A stretch of DNA of 8,953 bases from a virus (lineage: Duplodnaviria > Heunggongvirae > Uroviricota > Caudoviricetes). Shown here one piece after another: positions 5,281 to 8,953 of this stretch (positions are counted from its first letter, which is position 1; every line of letters begins with the position of its first letter). Location of the stretch: the IMG/VR virus record IMGVR_UViG_2778261177_000008; one strand, written 5' to 3'. The notes under the pieces are model-generated. The model searched no databases. It saw only the letters and a list, made by a program, of their open reading frames with translations, and had not been told where the DNA came from. A program made the position numbers and the translations under genes.

Positions 5281-6158
5281 GCAATGATATCGCAATCACA
5301 TCACAACCAGGCGCAACTGTAGGCACTGCTGCGGCAATCTTCAGCCCCGAGGGCATGAATCAACTGGTGCGTTTCGCGGAGTTGATGTCACAAAGCAAAG
5401 CGACTGTACCGAAACATCTTGAAGGCAAACCTGCCGATTGCCTGGCGGTGACCATGCAGGCGGCACAGTGGGGAATGAACCCTTTCGCCGTGGCGCAGAA
5501 AACGCATGTGGTAAACGGAACGTTAGGCTACGAAGCACAGTTGGTAAACGCGGTCGTATCCTCTTCCAGCCTGCTGGCGACACGCCTGAATTATCGCTGG
5601 AGCGGTGACTGGTCGAATGTTAACGGCAAAACAGATAAATCACCGAATCTGACGGTAACTGTGTCAGCAGTTCTTAAAGGAGAAGCAGAACCCCGTGAGC
5701 TTACCATCAGTATGGCGCAAGCCGGAGTGCGTAACTCTCCATTGTGGGAACAGGATCCGCGCCAGCAACTTGCCTATCTTTGCACGAAACGATGGGCTCG
5801 CCTGCACGCTCCTGATGTACTTCTCGGTGTTTACACCCCAGACGAATTACAGGAAACGGCACCGCGCGTTGAGCGAGACATTACTCCGCAAACGACCACT
5901 GCTGCGGGAATGAACAGTCTGATCAACGCTAAACCAGCGAAAAAGCCTGATGAGCAAACGCGTAAAGCGGATAGCCGTGATCCAGAAGAAATGCTGATGG
6001 CCTTTACCAGCGCAGCGATGAATTACAGCACTGTCTCCGAACTGGATAAGGCTTACAAATACATTGCACAAAAACTTTCAGATGATGACGAACTGCTGGC
6101 AAAAGCCACCGACGTTTACAGCGTTCGTCGGGAAGAATTAAACGAAACATCTATGTAA
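5277..6158 (+). CDS. Single-strand annealing recombinase, Bet/Red-beta-like
   Basis: 293-aa ORF. Shares with lambda Bet, as I recall it, the N-terminal pattern ...A.Q.G.NP... (CLAVTMQAAQWGMNPFAV) and the C-terminal ERDITP motif (VERDITPQ here, PERDITPV in Bet). Immediately follows, and is coupled to, the exonuclease gene. Confidence 0.75.
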   Translation: MSNDIAITSQPGATVGTAAAIFSPEGMNQLVRFAELMSQSKATVPKHLEGKPADCLAVTMQAAQWGMNPFAVAQKTHVVNGTLGYEAQLVNAVVSSSSLLATRLNYRWSGDWSNVNGKTDKSPNLTVTVSAVLKGEAEPRELTISMAQAGVRNSPLWEQDPRQQLAYLCTKRWARLHAPDVLLGVYTPDELQETAPRVERDITPQTTTAAGMNSLINAKPAKKPDEQTRKADSRDPEEMLMAFTSAAMNYSTVSELDKAYKYIAQKLSDDDELLAKATDVYSVRREELNETSM

Positions 6159-6207
6159 CCACCACCGCGGCGCCATACGCGCCGCACTGCAACCAAGAGA
6201 GGTATTT

Positions 6208-6456
6208 ATGAAAGGTGCATTAGGTAAGAAGGAACTCCTGGCGGTGGTGCCACTGTCATGGAGCACTATCGACCGTATGGAGCGCGCAGGGGAATTTCCT
6301 AAACGCTGGTATATCACCGATAAACGCTGCGCATGGAACCGTGATGAAGTTGAGCGTTGGCTTGATGAACGTCAGGCAGCAAGCCCGGCAGAGTTCCAGG
6401 GTAAAAAACCTCCTGTTCAGCAACGTGTATATCGTCCCGTGAGCAACGCGGCATGA
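6208..6456 (+). CDS. AlpA-family prophage regulatory protein / putative excisionase (MerR-like HTH)
   Basis: 82-aa ORF with SD AGAGAGG 5 nt upstream. The pattern LSWSTIDRMERAGEFPKRWYITDKRCAWNRDEVERWLDERQ fits the AlpA/Xis-like winged-helix family (FP+..........W...E...W...R). Lies between the recombination genes and the integrase side, as xis does in lambda. Confidence 0.7.
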   Translation: MKGALGKKELLAVVPLSWSTIDRMERAGEFPKRWYITDKRCAWNRDEVERWLDERQAASPAEFQGKKPPVQQRVYRPVSNAA

Positions 6457-6565
6457 GTGTGCTGCTAAGGCACTGGAGCAAATGGTCAGGATGGTACTTA
6501 TTCCTAGCCTCTGTTTCAGCATGGCTTTATCTGCTGGCATTAATTTTCAGAGAGGGTTGGATTAA

Positions 6566-6865
6566 GTGAGAAAGTTAAGCCGACTTGAAAAATATCACAT
6601 GAACAAGGTTTCAATGCGCAGTCCGTCAAAGATTGTCGCCGTTACTCCTGCGGCGATAGAGATCGAAAAACGCGCGATTGAAAGAGAGAAAAAAGGGCAG
6701 TTCCGCATTGCCGCTCACCTTTGGCTTCAGTGTATGGATGTTGCTTCTGGTGATGTTGAGCGTGCAAGGATCGCGGTTCGCAGGGACCAATGTATCACAA
6801 AAGGTAACGGCCTTCGCCGTGGCGACTATAGCGGCATAGGATGTTGTGGGGTGGTTTATGACTAA
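6566..6865 (+). CDS. Small regulatory protein, PerC-like (tentative)
   Basis: 99-aa ORF; GTG start at 6566 with GAGGG about 9 nt upstream (alternative ATG at 6599). The segment EKKGQFRIAAHLWLQCMDVA...ERARIAVRRDQCI resembles the PerC-family motif as I remember it (LE..G.WRRAA..W...M...RR..C); unverified. Stop TAA 6863-6865 overlaps the methyltransferase start. Confidence 0.4.
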   Translation: MRKLSRLEKYHMNKVSMRSPSKIVAVTPAAIEIEKRAIEREKKGQFRIAAHLWLQCMDVASGDVERARIAVRRDQCITKGNGLRRGDYSGIGCCGVVYD

Positions 6866-7508
6866 GAAATACACACTAATCTATGCAGATCCACCCTGGG
6901 TATACCGGGACAAAGCCGCAGATGGTAATCGCGGTGCCGGTTTTAAATATCCGGTTATGAGTGTGCTGGACATCTGCCGCCTTCCTGTGTGGGATTTGGC
7001 CGATGAAAACTGTCTGTTGGCCATGTGGTGGGTGCCAACACAACCACTCGAAGCACTTAAAGTTGTTGAAGCATGGGGATTCCGTCTGATGACCATGAAG
7101 GGCTTCACGTGGATAAAATGTGGTAGTCGACAACCAGATAAACTGGTTATGGGTATGGGTCACATGACTCGCGCCAATAGTGAAGATTGCCTGTTTGCGG
7201 TAAAGGGAAAACTACCTACGCGCATTAATGCAGGGATCGTTCAGTCATTTACCGCACCGCGGCTTGAGCATTCAAGAAAACCAGATATCGTTCGTGAAAA
7301 ACTTGTGCAATTGTTAGGCGATGTTTCTCGCATTGAACTGTTCGCCCGCCAGTCATCTCATGGTTTCGATGTTTGGGGTAATCAGTGCGAAGACCCGGCA
7401 GTGCAACTACATCCTGGATACGCGTTGGATATTGGCGGATTAACAAATGCATTCAGCAATGCTCCGCTGTCACCAACAGACAACCAGGGGCAGGAGCGTG
7501 CAGCATGA
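6858..7508 (+). CDS. MT-A70-family DNA N6-adenine methyltransferase (orphan, phage-type)
   Basis: The N-terminal YTLIYADPPW contains the canonical DPPW catalytic motif of N6-adenine methyltransferases, and the length and layout fit phage MT-A70 enzymes. Start is ATG 6858, or GTG 6846 as in the ORF track. No restriction endonuclease gene is adjacent. Stop TGA 7506-7508 overlaps the next ATG. Confidence 0.8.
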   Translation: MTKKYTLIYADPPWVYRDKAADGNRGAGFKYPVMSVLDICRLPVWDLADENCLLAMWWVPTQPLEALKVVEAWGFRLMTMKGFTWIKCGSRQPDKLVMGMGHMTRANSEDCLFAVKGKLPTRINAGIVQSFTAPRLEHSRKPDIVREKLVQLLGDVSRIELFARQSSHGFDVWGNQCEDPAVQLHPGYALDIGGLTNAFSNAPLSPTDNQGQERAA

Positions 7509-7699
7509 ACAGGACATCACCAGCAGATTTAAGGAAATGCCTTGAAACTGCAAACATGCTTGCACACAGCGGGATCAGGTTTGTTCCAATTCCCGCTGTC
7601 ACTGATGCTGAATTTGCAACACTGTCAGCAATATTCGCAGATAAAATTGAATCACTGGCAGCAGAAGCCGAGATGGAAGAAAATCAGCAGAATAATTAA
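7505..7699 (+). CDS. Small hypothetical protein (64 aa) coupled to the methyltransferase
   Basis: ATG 7505 overlaps the methyltransferase stop (ATGA), with SD AGGAG 8 nt upstream. Sequence MNRTSPADLRKCLETANMLAHSGIRFVPIPAVTDAEFATLSAIFADKIESLAAEAEMEENQQNN has an acidic C-terminus. The ORF track's 7385 start lies inside the methyltransferase gene. No family recognised. Confidence 0.45.
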   Translation: MNRTSPADLRKCLETANMLAHSGIRFVPIPAVTDAEFATLSAIFADKIESLAAEAEMEENQQNN

Positions 7700-7702
7700 A
7701 CG

Positions 7703-8953
7703 TTATTCCCCCGCCATCCACTTCTCAAACTTCGACGGGGAGAACGGAATCAGATCCGTATGCTCCCCGTTAATCCATGAATCAATCATATCGGCCCACT
7801 GCTGCAACATGTAGGCGCGCTGTCTGGCGTATTCCGCTTTGTTATATACGGCGCGCACACCTTTCTGCTCATGTGCCAGAGCCTTTTCAATCCAGTCTGA
7901 AGGATAACCAGCCTCATGCAACAACGTACTGGCTGTACGGCGCATATCGTGTACGGTGAAGTCCTGAATATGCTCACCATCTTCCTTTATTATTTTCACC
8001 GTTCTGTCGATCAGAGAGTTCAGCGCGGCATTAGATAATGGCTTCCGGAAGTTGTAACGACCAGGAACCAGATATTCACTTCCACCAGCGCACATCTGCA
8101 ACCCGACCAATATATCCTGTGCCTGTTTAGGCAGGTAAATAACGTGCGCCCGGCTTCCCTTCATGCGGTCTGAAGGAATTGTCCATGTCCATTTTTTAAA
8201 ATCTATTTCGTCCCACGTTGCATTGGTGAATTCGCCTTTACGAACCATAGTGATAAGCACCAGCTTTAAAGCCATTTTCATAGTGCCCATAGCACCAATG
8301 GCATCCAGCGTGCGGAAGAACAGGCCAATTTCTTCTGGTGTCAGTGTTCGCTCTCGTGGTTTAAATATGGCGATAGACGAAGGTTTAATGTCAGCCGCAG
8401 GATTAAACAAACCATGACCACGGTCATTGGCGTGACGGTATACGCTGCTGATGATCTCCCTGGCCTGCACTGCTGTTGCCCGGCCACCGCGTTCGACAAT
8501 CCGGTCACACAAATCACGAACCATCGATGTGGTAATTTCAGCCATCATTTTGTTGCCAAGAACCGGAAGTATGTCACGGTCGATCACTGCCTGCTTCATT
8601 GCGCGGGTACTTTCAGCCAGGATGACGTGTTTCATATAACTGTCGGTATGTACCGCAAACGTCTCGGCACCACGAATCTTTTTTATACCGTCACGTTTAG
8701 CCGCAGCCGGTGACTGGCCTGCTTTAAGCAGCTTCTTTGCAGCAATCAGTTCTTCTCGCGCTTCTGCCAGGCTGATACCGTCACTCCCATACTGCCCGAT
8801 TACCAGCGTTTCGCGGCGACCGTTGATACGGTAGTCGTAGCGAAACGAGACCGTGCCTGACGTAAGCACAGCTACATACAGCCCATCACGATCGGAGACC
8901 TTGTACAGTTTGTCCTGCGGCTTGAGGTTTTTTAATTTTGTATCGGTAAGCAC
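7703..8953 (-). CDS. int: Tyrosine recombinase / integrase, P4 (CP4-57 IntA-like) family; 5' end at or just beyond the window edge
   Basis: 416 codons, open to the window end. The N-terminal LTDTKLKNLKPQDKLYKVSDRDGLYVAVLTSG matches the arm-binding domain of P4-type integrases. The C-terminal region has the HxxR box (HDMRRT) and conserved Tyr-containing region of tyrosine recombinases. The first codon in the window is GTG, so a few N-terminal residues probably lie outside. Confidence 0.9.
   Translation of the reverse strand: MLTDTKLKNLKPQDKLYKVSDRDGLYVAVLTSGTVSFRYDYRINGRRETLVIGQYGSDGISLAEAREELIAAKKLLKAGQSPAAAKRDGIKKIRGAETFAVHTDSYMKHVILAESTRAMKQAVIDRDILPVLGNKMMAEITTSMVRDLCDRIVERGGRATAVQAREIISSVYRHANDRGHGLFNPAADIKPSSIAIFKPRERTLTPEEIGLFFRTLDAIGAMGTMKMALKLVLITMVRKGEFTNATWDEIDFKKWTWTIPSDRMKGSRAHVIYLPKQAQDILVGLQMCAGGSEYLVPGRYNFRKPLSNAALNSLIDRTVKIIKEDGEHIQDFTVHDMRRTASTLLHEAGYPSDWIEKALAHEQKGVRAVYNKAEYARQRAYMLQQWADMIDSWINGEHTDLIPFSPSKFEKWMAGE

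Larger units (their letters stand above)
1..8953. mobile_element. Lambdoid prophage early region (immunity, replication, recombination, integration modules); both ends extend beyond the window
   Basis: Gene order matches lambda in reverse: nin-like genes, P, O, cII-position gene, cro-like, divergent operator region, repressor, early-left operon with exo/bet, xis-like, integrase. Recognisable phage proteins include a lambda-P-like protein, a DnaT-like domain, a Bet-like annealase and a P4-type integrase. Confidence 0.8.

Noticed and set aside
4730-5295. Minus- and plus-strand ORFs nested in the exonuclease gene (4730..5044, 4867..5295, 4902..5102)
   Set aside because: Alternative frames of a gene with a clear PD-(D/E)xK signature. 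Arg/Pro-rich shadow translations.
5341-6071. ORFs 5341..5583, 5695..5913 and 5847..6071
   Set aside because: Out-of-frame or antisense to the Bet-like gene.
6846-6857. GTG at 6846 as the methyltransferase start (ORF-track start)
   Set aside because: Not excluded, but ATG 6858 directly precedes the conserved YTLIYADPPW block. The true start is ambiguous, and I chose 6858.
8082-8089. Chi octamer (CCACCAGC on the plus strand, i.e. GCTGGTGG on the minus strand) within the integrase gene
   Set aside because: Chi is frequent in enterobacterial DNA, so a single copy in 9 kb is roughly what is expected.
7777-8713. Plus-strand ORFs inside the integrase gene (7777..7959, 8163..8417, 8414..8713, 8451..8639)
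   Set aside because: Antisense to a strongly supported integrase reading frame.
1-8953. Search for tRNA/rRNA genes, CRISPR repeats and an att site
   Set aside because: No cloverleaf-like conserved tRNA features, rRNA-like segments or regularly spaced direct repeats were seen. The attachment site and any tRNA target of the P4-type integrase would lie beyond the right edge.

Overview
The window appears to be the early region of a lambdoid prophage from an enterobacterial-type genome, with both ends running past the window. Gene order mirrors phage lambda in reverse. Leftward (minus strand): a Cro-like regulator, a small zinc-binding protein, an O-equivalent replication protein with a DnaT-like C-terminus, a lambda-P-like helicase loader, a small PD-(D/E)xK nuclease and a partial unknown gene. 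Rightward (plus strand): a tandem-HTH repressor, two small ORFs, a PD-(D/E)xK exonuclease, a Bet-like annealase, an AlpA-family excisionase-like regulator, a PerC-like gene, an MT-A70 adenine methyltransferase and a 64-aa ORF. A P4-family integrase lies convergent at the right edge. The main findings are a family of eight TTACC-N5-GGTAA palindromes confined to intergenic regions, including two mirror-image promoter/operator modules with identical spacing, and iteron-like repeats inside the O-equivalent gene that look like a replication origin. No tRNA, rRNA or CRISPR array was seen. All assignments rest on reading the sequence and recalled family motifs; no database search was run.
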